NCBI GenBank assembly: GCA_963796275.1
Contig: CAWCKY010000007.1
Coordinates: 256,001 to 320,000 of the forward strand
Direction of reading: 5' to 3'
Source: an uncultured Acidobacteriota bacterium
GTDB lineage: Bacteria > Acidobacteriota > Blastocatellia > RBC074
Length of the DNA stretch: 64,000 bases
Shown piece by piece: positions 29,399-39,841 of the stretch (positions are counted from its first letter, which is position 1; each line of letters opens with the position of its first letter). The notes beneath the pieces were generated by a model. It had not been told where the DNA came from and searched no databases. It was given only the letters and a program-made list of their open reading frames with translations. The position numbers and the translations under genes are program-made.

Positions 29399-29707
29399 CC
29401 TGGGTATGCACGCTTCCAGATTCTGCTGGCGAATTCAGAAAATGAAATTATCGGCTCTTAGCTCCGGAGGAGCGTTATGTTTATAGAACATGGCTAGTAA
29501 ATATCTCCAGCTCCGGATGAGCGACATATGATGCCGTTTATATGCCGCTCCTCCGGAGCTTGGGCACTATTACGAAAAAATCTATAAACATATCGCGCCT
29601 CTGGCGCTCCCGGATAAACGATTCGCCAGCAGAATCTTCCAGCGTGCTGGGGTTCCATCAAAGGTCGATAGATTAAGCCCGGCACGCTGGAAGCGTGTGT
29701 ACCCAGG
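29399..29707. mobile_element. Three-level nested palindromic elements (outer REP pair, MITE-like element 29418-29637, inner REPIN 29460-29608)
   Basis: Outer CCTGGGTATGCACGCTTCC..GGAAGCGTGTGTACCCAGG. Perfect 17-bp TIR AGATTCTGCTGGCGAAT with duplicated TCC. Inner REPs match those around tnpA. Confidence 0.85.
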
Positions 29708-29763
29708 CGCTTTTCATTGTTTCAGTGAGTCGGAAAGCGACATGAAAAACTCCTCTGTCTCTA

Positions 29764-31857
29764 TCACTCTCCTCCGAAGAGCATAACTACAGAACGCGCC
29801 TCGGCCCGGTACGTCTGGTCTGGAACCGGCGGTGCTGTCTGCCACTCGACAATATCAGAGGGCGGATCGAGAGCGGTGTCGATCCAGCGACGCCACGAAT
29901 ATCCCTTTTTCACCGGCGGCAACTCAAAGTCGAGGGGCTCCCAATACGCGTTCAAGATTACGTGCAAGAGCAGCTCATCTTTCGTGACCTCCGCGGTGAA
30001 CGCCACGCTGTGAGAAGAGTCGCTCCAATCAGGTTGATGAAGTTTTACGCCGTGCCAGGTTATATGCGCCGCTTTGAGCAGAAGGCTCAGGCTTTCGCGC
30101 TGGCGCTCTGGTTCCAGGTCCTGCAACAGACGCCGTGCGATAAGCAGTTTGACGAACCGATGCACATCCGCATGCTTCGCGGCCAGCGTCCAGTCGAACC
30201 AACTTGTCTCATTGTCCTGGCAGTAAGCATTGTTGTTGCCGCGCTGGGTGCGCCGCATTTCGTCGCCCATCAATATCATAGGCACACCGAGCGAGAGCAT
30301 CGTGACGGTCAGAAAGTTTTTCACCTGCCGGTTGCGCAGCCTCTCCACGGCCGGATCATCAGTGGGGCCTTCAATGCCGCAATTCCAACTGCGGTTGTCG
30401 CTGGCGCCGTCGCGGTTCTCTCCGCCGTTCGCCTCATTATGTTTCTGGTTGTAGGAGACGAGATCGTTGAGTGTGAATCCGTCATGACACGTAACGAAGT
30501 TAACGCTCGCCTCAGCTTCGCGGTCCTTGTGACCGTAAATCTGCGGGCTGCCAAGTAACCGATCGGCAAGACGTGACACCACCCCCTCTTCGCTACGGAA
30601 GAAGCTGCGCACATCGTCGCGAAACCGCCCGTTCCACTCTTTCCAACTGTCGCCGATGAAGCTGCCGACCTGGTACAGCCCTGCCGCATCCCACGCTTCA
30701 GCGATGAGTTTGGTGCCCGCGAGCACAGGGTCCGACTCGATATCCCACAACACTGGCGGGTTCGTCATCAATTGGCCCGACTCGTCGCGCGCAAGGATCG
30801 AGGCGAGATCGAACCGGAACCCGTCCACATGCATCTCCTCGACCCAATAACGGAGACTGTCCACGATCATGCGGCGGACGATGGGTTGATTGGCGTTCAA
30901 CGTGTTCCCCGTGCCGCTGTAATCGGCATAGCGCGAGCGTTCTTGTTTAAGGATGTAATAAGTGATGTTGTCCAATCCGCGGAAACTCATGGTCGGCCCG
31001 AGCTGGTCGTCTTCGGCTGTGTGATTGAACACCACATCGAGAAGAACCTCGATGCCAGCCCGGTGCAGCGCCTTGACCATGTCGCGAAATTCGTCCAATG
31101 GGCCGAGCATATCCTGGCGCGAACTGTATGCCTGGTTCGGTGCGAAAAACGAGACCGGCGAATAGCCCCAGTAGTTGACCAGCCCCGGAGGGCAATCCTG
31201 AGCATCGAATTGGAAGACCGGCAGCAGTTCGACCGCGGTGACCCCAAGTTGATGGAGATACGGAATCTTCTCGATCAAACCGGCAAACGTGCCGCGCTTC
31301 TTCTCTGCGACCCCTGAACTGGGATGGATGGTGAAGCCGCGCACGTGCATCTCGTACACGATGGTTCGCGATGCGGGCCGTTCGAGCGGTTTGTCGCCTT
31401 CCCAATCGTAGGCGCGCGGATCCACCACTACGCTCTTCATCGCTGTTGCGGTGTTATCGCCCTCCTTTTGAGCGGCCTCGCGACTGTAGTTCTTGGGAAT
31501 ACACACCCGACGGCTGTAGGGGTCGAGCAGGACTTTGGCGGAGTCGAAGCGCATTCCGCTGGCGGGATCGGACGGTCCCTCGACTCGGTAACCGTAGATC
31601 TGACCATGCCGTACGCGTGGCACGAACGCGTGCCAATAGTGATAGGAGAGGTTGGTTGAAGAATCGAAGCGAATAACGCGGGCCGGTCGAGCATCGTCGA
31701 CGCTATCGAAGAGAAGCAGCTCGATCGCCGTTGCGTATTTGGAGAAGACGCTGAAGTTAACCCCTTCGGGCGAGACGGTCGCTCCCAGTGGAGAGCTCTT
31801 TCCTTCCCGGGTTTCGACTTCCGATGCTTGCGCCGATTTTTCTTTGGGTGAAAACAT
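29764..31857 (-). CDS. glgX: Glycogen debranching enzyme / isoamylase
   Basis: NYWGY, DVVFNHT, DGFRFDL, AEAWD, FVTCHDGFTL and GNNNAYCQDN. Confidence 0.95.
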   Translation of the reverse strand: MFSPKEKSAQASEVETREGKSSPLGATVSPEGVNFSVFSKYATAIELLLFDSVDDARPARVIRFDSSTNLSYHYWHAFVPRVRHGQIYGYRVEGPSDPASGMRFDSAKVLLDPYSRRVCIPKNYSREAAQKEGDNTATAMKSVVVDPRAYDWEGDKPLERPASRTIVYEMHVRGFTIHPSSGVAEKKRGTFAGLIEKIPYLHQLGVTAVELLPVFQFDAQDCPPGLVNYWGYSPVSFFAPNQAYSSRQDMLGPLDEFRDMVKALHRAGIEVLLDVVFNHTAEDDQLGPTMSFRGLDNITYYILKQERSRYADYSGTGNTLNANQPIVRRMIVDSLRYWVEEMHVDGFRFDLASILARDESGQLMTNPPVLWDIESDPVLAGTKLIAEAWDAAGLYQVGSFIGDSWKEWNGRFRDDVRSFFRSEEGVVSRLADRLLGSPQIYGHKDREAEASVNFVTCHDGFTLNDLVSYNQKHNEANGGENRDGASDNRSWNCGIEGPTDDPAVERLRNRQVKNFLTVTMLSLGVPMILMGDEMRRTQRGNNNAYCQDNETSWFDWTLAAKHADVHRFVKLLIARRLLQDLEPERQRESLSLLLKAAHITWHGVKLHQPDWSDSSHSVAFTAEVTKDELLLHVILNAYWEPLDFELPPVKKGYSWRRWIDTALDPPSDIVEWQTAPPVPDQTYRAEARSVVMLFGGE

Positions 31858-31862
31858 AAATC

Positions 31863-32630
31863 CTAAAGCCCCGGGCTGCTGTGCATTAGTCCACCGTCGG
31901 CGAAGACCGTCGTCGCCGTCAGATAGCTCGCGCCGTCCCCGGCCAGGAACGCGACGACATTAGCGATCTCTTCCGGCCTGGCCATGCGGCCCAGCGGGAT
32001 CGCATCGTCGAGTTTCTTCATCAACGCCGGGTCCTTCATCGTAGACAAATTGATCGGAGTTGCCACGGCGCCGGGGCCGACGCCCACGACGAGGATCTTG
32101 TGCGGTGCGAGCTCGACGCCCGCCGTGCGCGTGAGCATGCGCATGCCGCCCTTCGACAGACAATAGGCGATGTTGCCCGGCATCGGCCAATCCTCGTGAA
32201 CGGATGTGACGTTGATTATGCGGCCGCCCGCACCCTGCTTGATCATCTGCTGCGCGGCAAGCTGAGTGCCGAAGAACGCGCTCTTCAGATTGATAGCGAG
32301 CACCTTTTCATATTGCTCCTCGGTAGTGTCGAGCACAGAAGTTCGCGTCTCCACGCCGGCGTTGTTGACCATAATGTTGACGCGGCCGAACTTTCGGACG
32401 GCCGTGTCGATGAGGGTTTTCAGGTCGGCGAGCTTGCTGACATCGGCATCCACGCCGATGGCCTGATCGCCCAGCGCCGCAACTTGTTGCTCCAGGGTTT
32501 CGGTCGCTTCGGGATGCGATACATAATCAATGACGATTGCGGCCCCTTGTTTAGCCAGATCCAACACGATTGCCATTCCGATACCGCTGTTGCCGCCGGT
32601 GACGATGGCGACTTTGCCTTTCAGACTCAT
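31863..32630 (-). CDS. Glucose 1-dehydrogenase-like SDR
   Basis: TGGNSGIG, VNNAG, SVHE..P.P and YCLSK. GGAGGA RBS. Confidence 0.88.
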   Translation of the reverse strand: MSLKGKVAIVTGGNSGIGMAIVLDLAKQGAAIVIDYVSHPEATETLEQQVAALGDQAIGVDADVSKLADLKTLIDTAVRKFGRVNIMVNNAGVETRTSVLDTTEEQYEKVLAINLKSAFFGTQLAAQQMIKQGAGGRIINVTSVHEDWPMPGNIAYCLSKGGMRMLTRTAGVELAPHKILVVGVGPGAVATPINLSTMKDPALMKKLDDAIPLGRMARPEEIANVVAFLAGDGASYLTATTVFADGGLMHSSPGL

Positions 32631-32675
32631 AATTTCCTCCTCCTCTAAATCGAAGCACACAACCCTGGGACAGCT

Positions 32676-33923
32676 TCAACCACGTGAAGCACGGGGAAAA
32701 ACAGAATCCGTCAACCTCCCCGCGTTCCTCGTCGTTTTATTTCCCGGATCGTGAAGCGTGATGGCGAAGGACAACGCCGTCAGTAACAGCGCAACCACCG
32801 CCGCAAATGCATACAGCGCCTTAAGGCTCAACCCTGCGTAATCCTCCAGCGGACCGACGCCAAAAGCCGCGATACCATATCCCATCTGATAAAACGCGAT
32901 CACGCCGCCCGGCACCGAGGCCACGATCGTCTTCATCTCCTCCTGTCCGAAGCTGATCGTCAATGGCAGAAGCGCCGAGCACCCTAGACCGGTTAGCCCA
33001 AAAGCCAGGATGCCGAGGAACGGGCTGCCCGCTGGCAGATACGCGATGACCGCGAAGGCTAGCGCAATCACGACCGGCAAGAGGCGATAGGTATAGTTGG
33101 CCGGGAAACGGTTTGCGATCGCGGCAAATAAGAGCCGCCCGAGGGTCACCATGCCCCAGAAAGCCATGAGCGCGAACGAGGCGGCCGTCACGCTTGCCCC
33201 CAGACTATTGGTCATGTAAAGAGTGGCCCAGTTGCCGTTCATCGTCTCCACGATTCCGTAGAACAGCGCAAAAGCCGCGAATATCCAGAAACGCGACGGC
33301 AGAGCTGTCCCGCCTCCCCGGTCATGCGTCGTGTTCTCTATAGCTCCTACCTGAAGAGGCAAGTGCAGGCTCAGCAGTAGCAGACACAAGAGCAACGCAG
33401 CCGCAAGAATCGGCAAACCCGACCAGAAGCCCAGGCCGATGAAGATGGCGACAAAAACTGGCGCCAACGCGGTCCCCAGCCCCAGCAACGCATTGAGCAT
33501 GAGAACGGCCGACTCGGGCTTCTGCGGGAAGAAGGCCGCCGTGAAGGTGTTCAAAACGGGAGCGGTCAGGCCGAAGCCGATGCCCAGGCTCGCCGTCGCC
33601 AGAAGCAGCATGCTGTAGGCCACCAGGCGGTTCGACATGACAAACTGGCTCAAGCAGAGCAAAGCCATGGAGACCAGGTTGGCAGTGAGACCGAACAGGT
33701 AGATGCGCTTGATGCTCAGGCGGCGGATCAACCGAGAGCCCAGCAGAGATGCCACAATCGCCAAAATGGCTTGCGGAAAGAACAGGCCGCCATAAGCTGT
33801 ACTGGACAGGCCGTAATGCTGGGAGCTGGTGAATATCGTGCCGGCGGCCGGAAAAGTGACGAGCGCCAATCCCTGGACAATGCCCGCCGTATAGATGGAA
33901 GCGACCTCGCTTTGTTGAGCCAT
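32676..33923 (-). CDS. MFS transporter
   Basis: About 12 TM helices; FucP/TsgA-like motifs (NALLGLGTALAP, GRL). Confidence 0.85.
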   Translation of the reverse strand: MAQQSEVASIYTAGIVQGLALVTFPAAGTIFTSSQHYGLSSTAYGGLFFPQAILAIVASLLGSRLIRRLSIKRIYLFGLTANLVSMALLCLSQFVMSNRLVAYSMLLLATASLGIGFGLTAPVLNTFTAAFFPQKPESAVLMLNALLGLGTALAPVFVAIFIGLGFWSGLPILAAALLLCLLLLSLHLPLQVGAIENTTHDRGGGTALPSRFWIFAAFALFYGIVETMNGNWATLYMTNSLGASVTAASFALMAFWGMVTLGRLLFAAIANRFPANYTYRLLPVVIALAFAVIAYLPAGSPFLGILAFGLTGLGCSALLPLTISFGQEEMKTIVASVPGGVIAFYQMGYGIAAFGVGPLEDYAGLSLKALYAFAAVVALLLTALSFAITLHDPGNKTTRNAGRLTDSVFPRASRG

Positions 33924-33937
33924 TCTCTTTTTCAATG

Positions 33938-35492
33938 CTACTTCAGTCTTGCGAGGAGATGGTCGCCCACCCGAATGGCGTTCGCCATCGCAGTCAAAGC
34001 AGGGTTCACCGCGCCAATGCTCGGGAAGAAACTGGTGTCGACCACATACAGGTTATCCAACTCATGCGCCTTGCAATCGATGTCGAGCACCGAAGCTTTG
34101 GGGTCATTACCGAAGCGGACCGTCCCTGCCTGGTGCGCCACACCGCCCACATCAATTTCATTTTTCATATAGAGATTGCGCGGGATTAAATGATTCGGGT
34201 GCATGCCCAAGTGATTGAGCATGGATTTCAATTTTTCGTAGAGCTTCTGCCTGGGCACCTGATTGTTGGGCATGTAGCTCAACTTGATGCTGCCGTCTTT
34301 CTCCAGGGTGACGCGATTTTCCGGCATCGGCAGATCTTCCGTCGATAGCCAGAAATCGACGGCGTGCCTTGCCACTTCGTCGAGCGTGAAAATGCGGAGC
34401 CAGCCCGGCTTCGATCGGCTTCTCGCCCCTATACATCGGCCCTTGGGACTTACCGACCATCTGGATATTACCCATCGGATAATCGAAGCCGGACATGCCG
34501 AAGTAGAAGTCATTCAGCCCCAAAGTTTTTTGGTAAACGGTTGGATTCGGCTCCTTGGAGATGGCCAGTACCGCCATGCTGTTGTGGAACATGTAGTTGC
34601 GGCCGACTTGATCGGACCCGTTGGCGAGTCCGTTAGGATGCTTATCGTTGGCCGATAGCAGCAACAGCTTAGCCGAATTGGCGGCGCCCGCCGAAACGAC
34701 GACGATGCCACCCTGGTAGGTCTCCTTTTCGCCGTCGCGTTCGACCATAACTTCAATCACCGCTCTGCCAGTAGGATTGGTGTTGAGCTTGACCACTCGG
34801 GCCCTGGTGAGCAGCGTGATATTCGGATACTGGAGTGCCGGACGCACAGCCATCACCTCGGCGTCCGATTTGGCATGGACCAGGCAAGGGAACCCGTCAC
34901 AGTCCTCGCAGCGAATGCAGGCGCTGAAGGGGGGATTCCGCTCATCGAGCCGAATGCCACACGGCGCGTGGAACGGATGATAGCCGGCTCGCGCCAGGTC
35001 ATCATGCAACTGCTGAATGCGCGATTCATGCGAGACAGCCGGAAATGGATAAGGCGCACTGAATGGCGGCTCGGTCGGGTCTTCGCCGCGTGCGCCATGA
35101 ACCTGGTACAGCTGCTCGGCCCTGGTGTAGTAAGGCTCCATCTCTTCGTAGCGGATGGGCCAGGCCGGAGAGATGCCATCGTAATGCCTGCGTTCGCCGA
35201 AGTCTTCCTTACGAAGGCGGTAGAGCGCCGCACCATACATCTTGGTTGCGCCGCCAACGAAGTAATGGATGCCAGGTTGGAAAGGTTTCCCATTCTTGTC
35301 GTACCAGGTCTCCTTGGGGACATACCGATTCTTGATGAACACCTCTTCCACATCCCAGTTCTGCTGCTCACGCCTCAACCAGTCGCCTCGTTCGAGTATG
35401 AGGATGCTCTTGCCCGACGGCGCCAGATGATGCGCCAACGTCCCGCCGCCCGCGCCGCTTCCGATTATGATGACGTCGTATTTTGTGGTCAT
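33938..35492 (-). CDS. GMC family oxidoreductase with a +1 frameshift near 34389-34393
   Basis: IIIGSGAGG in the ORF 34158-35492. The C-terminus (FTLDEV...HQAGTVRFG...NPALT) is in the ORF 33938-34513. The join lies at a 4-nt homopolymer. Confidence 0.85.
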
Positions 35493-35504
35493 GTGTCTCC
35501 TCAG

Positions 35505-35578
35505 AAATAGTTTTCAGTTTTCAGTTTTTAGTTTAGTTGTCGATCGAGACCGCCCAACTGAAAACTAAAAACTAAAAT
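35505..35578. repeat. Inverted heptamer-array element
   Basis: AAATAGTTTTCAG.. arms. Its spacer is close to the reverse complement of the spacer at 21004-21030. Confidence 0.85.
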
Positions 35579-35586
35579 CTTCACCA

Positions 35587-38262
35587 TCAGGCGCGTTCCT
35601 TTTCTCGATCGCCCACATCCATCAACAGCGAGGCGATTAGCGACGTCCATCCCGTCTGGTGACTGGCGCCTGCGCCTGCGCCATTATCCCCATTGAAGTA
35701 TTCGTGGAATGGAATGTAGTCGCGCCAGTTAGGATCTGTCTGGAAATAGTCGTTATCGCCCCACACCGCCCGCCATCCGCCACGCGCCGGGTCGCGCAGG
35801 AAAATATTGGCCAGTCGACCTGCCAGGTTCTGAGCGATTTCGCCCAACGTGAGCATTTGTCCGGAACCGGTTGGATATTCCACCTTGAAGGTATCGCGAT
35901 AGTAACTATCGAATTCTTGCAACGCGCGCACCAGGAGGTAGTTGACGGGGAACCAGATCGGCCCGCGCCAGTTCGAGTTGCCTCCGAACAAACGGCTATC
36001 CGATTCTTGCGGCAAATACCTGACCACGAACTGCCGCCCGCCTGCCTCGAAGACATAAGGGTGGTCACGGTAGTAGGCAGAGAGGGATCGTACGCCGTAG
36101 TCCGAGAGAAATTCATTGGGGTCGAAGACCCGCCGGAGCACGGCTTTGAGTCTTTTGTCATTCAGTATCGCAACCAGGCGCGAATCGTTATTGCCGGGAA
36201 CCTGTACCGACGCAATCAGCTTGAACAGGTTAGGCCTTTCCGACTCCAGCCATTTCATTCGATCCATCAACATGCGCTGGTGCGAAAATTTGGCGGGGTG
36301 AAAAGCCAATACGGCGAACAGCGGCGTCAGGCCAACCATAGTGCGGGTTTTCAGCGGGATGTTTTGGCCGGAGGAGAGATGAATAACATCGTAGAAAAAC
36401 TGATCTTGTTGATCCCACAGGTCGATGCCCTGGCCGCCCATGTTTGTCATGGCGTGTGCCATGTCCAGGAAGTGTTCGAAATATTTGACCGCCATCGGCT
36501 CGTAGATCGAGTCGTGCTGGGCCAACTCGGTTGCGATCGCGAACATACTCAAGCTGAGCTTCGACATCCAACTCGTACCGTCGCTCTGCTCCAGCTTACC
36601 CCCATTGGGCAGCGGTTGGTCCCGGTCAAACACTCCGATGTTATCCATCCCCAGAAAGCCGCCGCCGAAGATGTCGCGCCCATCCCTATCCTTGCGGTTG
36701 ATCCACCAGCTGTAGTTCAACATCAGACTGTGGAACATTTCCGCCAGAAATTCATAATCGGCCTGCCCTTTCTGTTCCAGGTCGTGCCGATAGACAACGA
36801 GGGTAGACCAGGCCAGGACCGGGGGATTCGCATCATTGAAATTCCATTCGTAGGCTGGGTACTGACCGTTGCCGTGTTGATACCACTCATAACCCATGTG
36901 CAGAAGCTGCCGCTTCGCGAAATCGGGATCGATGCGCGATAAGGTCACACAATGAAAAGCCAGGTCCCAAATGGCGTACCAGGGATATTCCCAGGTGTCG
37001 GGCATCAAGATCACGTCATCGTTGCTCAGGTGCTTCCAGGTGTGATTGCGCCCGTTCCAGCGAGATTCGGGCGGCTTCGGCCCGGACGGATCGCCCGACA
37101 ACCAGTGTACGACGTCGTAGTTATAGATCTGCTTGGACCACAACAAACCGGCAAAGGCCTGCCTTTGCACGAGCCGCTCATCAGCGGTTAGTTGAGCAGG
37201 ATGCACGGCATGATAGAACTCATCAGCTTCCGCGATGCGCTTGTTGAAGATGTCATCGAAATCCGCAAACGGATCCGGATTCTCCGGCGGCTCAGCGGTA
37301 AAGCGCGTCTCTACGGTAAATGTGCCACCGGGCGCAACGACCGCCTTTCCGTGCGCCGCCAGCTTGCTGCCTTGATGCGAGTTAACGCTATCAGGTGAGC
37401 CATTCACGACTGCGTCATTGATCCCGTCCTTAACGTATGGCGACGGATTCGGAATATGGTAAAGCCGCTCGACATTGGTCTCGTTTTCGGTGAACAGGAG
37501 ATCGATCGGTCGATGGTCTGAGGCGCGCACATACCACCAGCGCTTACCGAGGACTGCATGTTCAAGGTACGCGGCGCCCGGGCCGGCCGCTTTGATGGTT
37601 GGGCGCGCTACCCCCGATTCCCACGTCCAGACGTTCCGATACCACAGATGCGGCAGGATATGGATCGGTGCGGGATCAGTGCCGCGATTGATCGCCGTCA
37701 TACGCCAGAGTATGTCTTCAGGGTCCGCCTTCGCGTATTCGATGAACACATCGAAATAGCGATTGGCGAGAAAGATGTGAGGGAGCGCGTCGAATAATTC
37801 GTACTCGGGTTCGGCCTGCGTGCGCTTCCCATTGACCTCGACGAGCTCGCCGTACGGATAAGCGGTCTGCGGATACTTATAGAGCATCTTCATGTAGGAA
37901 TGCGTCGGTGTACCGTCGAGAAAAAAGTAGTATTCCTTGACGTCCTCGCCGTGATTCCCTTGTTGATTGGTCAGGCCGAACATCCGCTCTTTGAGGAACG
38001 GATCCTTTTCATTCCACAATGCAACGGCCAGGCAAATATACTGCTTGTCATCACAAAACCCTGCTATGCCGTCTTCGTTCCAGCGATATGCGCGGCTGCG
38101 GGCGTGATCGTGTGGAAAATAGTTCCAGGCGTCCCCATCTGCGCTGTAGTCTTCGCGTACCGTTCCCCAGGAGCGTTCGCTGAGGTAGGGACCCCAGCGC
38201 CTCCAATTGGACTGGCCCGCCTGGTTTTCTTCCAAACGGCTTTGCTCAGGGTTGGTGGCCAT
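35587..38262 (-). CDS. MGH1-like / GH63-related glucosidase
   Basis: WGPYLSER.WGTVREDYS, GNHGED, WEYPW, GFLGMDNIG, FGGNSNWRGP and GASHQTGWT. Confidence 0.9.
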   Translation of the reverse strand: MATNPEQSRLEENQAGQSNWRRWGPYLSERSWGTVREDYSADGDAWNYFPHDHARSRAYRWNEDGIAGFCDDKQYICLAVALWNEKDPFLKERMFGLTNQQGNHGEDVKEYYFFLDGTPTHSYMKMLYKYPQTAYPYGELVEVNGKRTQAEPEYELFDALPHIFLANRYFDVFIEYAKADPEDILWRMTAINRGTDPAPIHILPHLWYRNVWTWESGVARPTIKAAGPGAAYLEHAVLGKRWWYVRASDHRPIDLLFTENETNVERLYHIPNPSPYVKDGINDAVVNGSPDSVNSHQGSKLAAHGKAVVAPGGTFTVETRFTAEPPENPDPFADFDDIFNKRIAEADEFYHAVHPAQLTADERLVQRQAFAGLLWSKQIYNYDVVHWLSGDPSGPKPPESRWNGRNHTWKHLSNDDVILMPDTWEYPWYAIWDLAFHCVTLSRIDPDFAKRQLLHMGYEWYQHGNGQYPAYEWNFNDANPPVLAWSTLVVYRHDLEQKGQADYEFLAEMFHSLMLNYSWWINRKDRDGRDIFGGGFLGMDNIGVFDRDQPLPNGGKLEQSDGTSWMSKLSLSMFAIATELAQHDSIYEPMAVKYFEHFLDMAHAMTNMGGQGIDLWDQQDQFFYDVIHLSSGQNIPLKTRTMVGLTPLFAVLAFHPAKFSHQRMLMDRMKWLESERPNLFKLIASVQVPGNNDSRLVAILNDKRLKAVLRRVFDPNEFLSDYGVRSLSAYYRDHPYVFEAGGRQFVVRYLPQESDSRLFGGNSNWRGPIWFPVNYLLVRALQEFDSYYRDTFKVEYPTGSGQMLTLGEIAQNLAGRLANIFLRDPARGGWRAVWGDNDYFQTDPNWRDYIPFHEYFNGDNGAGAGASHQTGWTSLIASLLMDVGDREKERA

Positions 38263-38355
38263 CTTGTTCACCCCTTGTATGGAGACCGAGAACCTGGCGA
38301 GCAGCCCGTAACTAAGCTAACTAAGTTTGAAGTTCGCTCGCCCTGCACCCTGACG

Positions 38356-38371
38356 TGCAAATTTCACGCCA
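38356..38371 (-). promoter_or_regulatory. Putative sigma54 (-24/-12) promoter
   Basis: Minus strand TGGCGTGAAATTTGCA = GG-N10-GC, close to consensus TGGCAC-N5-TTGC, ~95 nt upstream of the glucosidase start. Confidence 0.7.
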
Positions 38372-38624
38372 AAGATAGCCATCGCGGTTAAGTTCTATAA
38401 GATACTGAAAGATTTGATCCTTGGTTATGAGCGAGGATGAATCGAAATAAAAATGATGAAAGAGAGTCGCCAAAGGTAGCGACCGCAACCTTTACATTTC
38501 ACGGAAACCTTGAAACGCCTATATGAATCGCGAGATTAAACTGGCAGATGAATGCGGCAGACGGCGCTAAATGATCGAAGTTGAGCGAGCGAAATTTCTG
38601 TGCTTGGAGTATGTTTTGATTGAT

Positions 38625-38699
<75 letters not shown>

Positions 38700-38946
38700 T
38701 GAGTAACTCGATTGGATGATGACGAGCTTTTGGATAGTAGGCTCATATCAAAAGAGGCTCGCTGAGGAGCCTCGGGCGAAAATTATGCTCCCATAGTTCA
38801 CCTTTTCCGTCAAGACCTTGTCCGCTTAAAGTATGGGTTTTACGATACGAGAGCGCTGATTTTCAAATGATGATTTTCTCTTTACGCCCACGAAATACTG
38901 CCATACACTTCATCAACAATTCATTGAGGGGGACAATATCAAAATT

Positions 38947-39807
38947 ATGAAGACCAGAGTCCTATTCGTGATATGCGCGGCCCTATTGTTGACGCTATCG
39001 ATCATCCAACCCCTCGGGACGGCAGCCGGGTCTTCGCACGTTGTTTTCGTCACCGGCGATCATGAATACAGTTCGGAAGATACAATGCCGTTGATCGCCG
39101 CCGAGCTTGTGCAGCGTTATGGGATGCGGGCTACTGTCCTCAAAGCACATCCCAATGAAAATGCCGAAGAGAATATCCCCGGACTCGAAGCGTTGAAGGA
39201 TGCCGATCTCGCGGTCCTCTTTCTTCGGTGGCGCCGGTTGCCGGCTGGACAGGTCGCACACCTTCGCAGCTATCTCGATGCGGGGAAGCCGATCGTCGCG
39301 TTCCGCACGACGACCCATGCGTTCAATTATCCGAAAGGGCACGAGCTGGAAAAGTGGAATGCCTTCGCGGCCGACTACCTGGGGGCCCCTCCGGGTTGGG
39401 GCAACGGGCATACCCATTATGGCCATAAATCGAGCACTGATGTCTCAATCATTCCTGCCTCAGCGAATGATCCCATTCTGATCGGTGTAGAAAATAGCTT
39501 TCATGTTCGATCGTGGCTCTATCACGTCCTTCCGAATTATCCGCCGGCGGATGCTAATCGGCTTCTCGTAGGTCGCGCAGTCGATCCCGAAAAAAAAGGT
39601 GCGGTCGATAATCCGGTCGCCTGGACTTGGAAGAACAAAGCGGGCGGGCGGGTATTCATGACGACTTTGGGCCATCCGGAAGATTTTCAGGTAGAGTCGG
39701 TTCAACGATTGGTTTTCAACGGCATTCAATGGGCGTTGGGAGATCCCGTCAGGAAAGAATGGGCGGGAAAGCTAGATATAGACGTGAAGTACCACGGCAT
39801 CAGGTAA
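38947..39807 (+). CDS. ThuA-like (class I GATase fold) exported protein
   Basis: Signal peptide; VVFVTGDHEY, RTTTHAF, PVAWT and GRVFMTTLGH. Confidence 0.8.
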   Translation: MKTRVLFVICAALLLTLSIIQPLGTAAGSSHVVFVTGDHEYSSEDTMPLIAAELVQRYGMRATVLKAHPNENAEENIPGLEALKDADLAVLFLRWRRLPAGQVAHLRSYLDAGKPIVAFRTTTHAFNYPKGHELEKWNAFAADYLGAPPGWGNGHTHYGHKSSTDVSIIPASANDPILIGVENSFHVRSWLYHVLPNYPPADANRLLVGRAVDPEKKGAVDNPVAWTWKNKAGGRVFMTTLGHPEDFQVESVQRLVFNGIQWALGDPVRKEWAGKLDIDVKYHGIR

Positions 39808-39841
39808 GCATTTTCCATTTTCCATATATCATAGAGGATAA

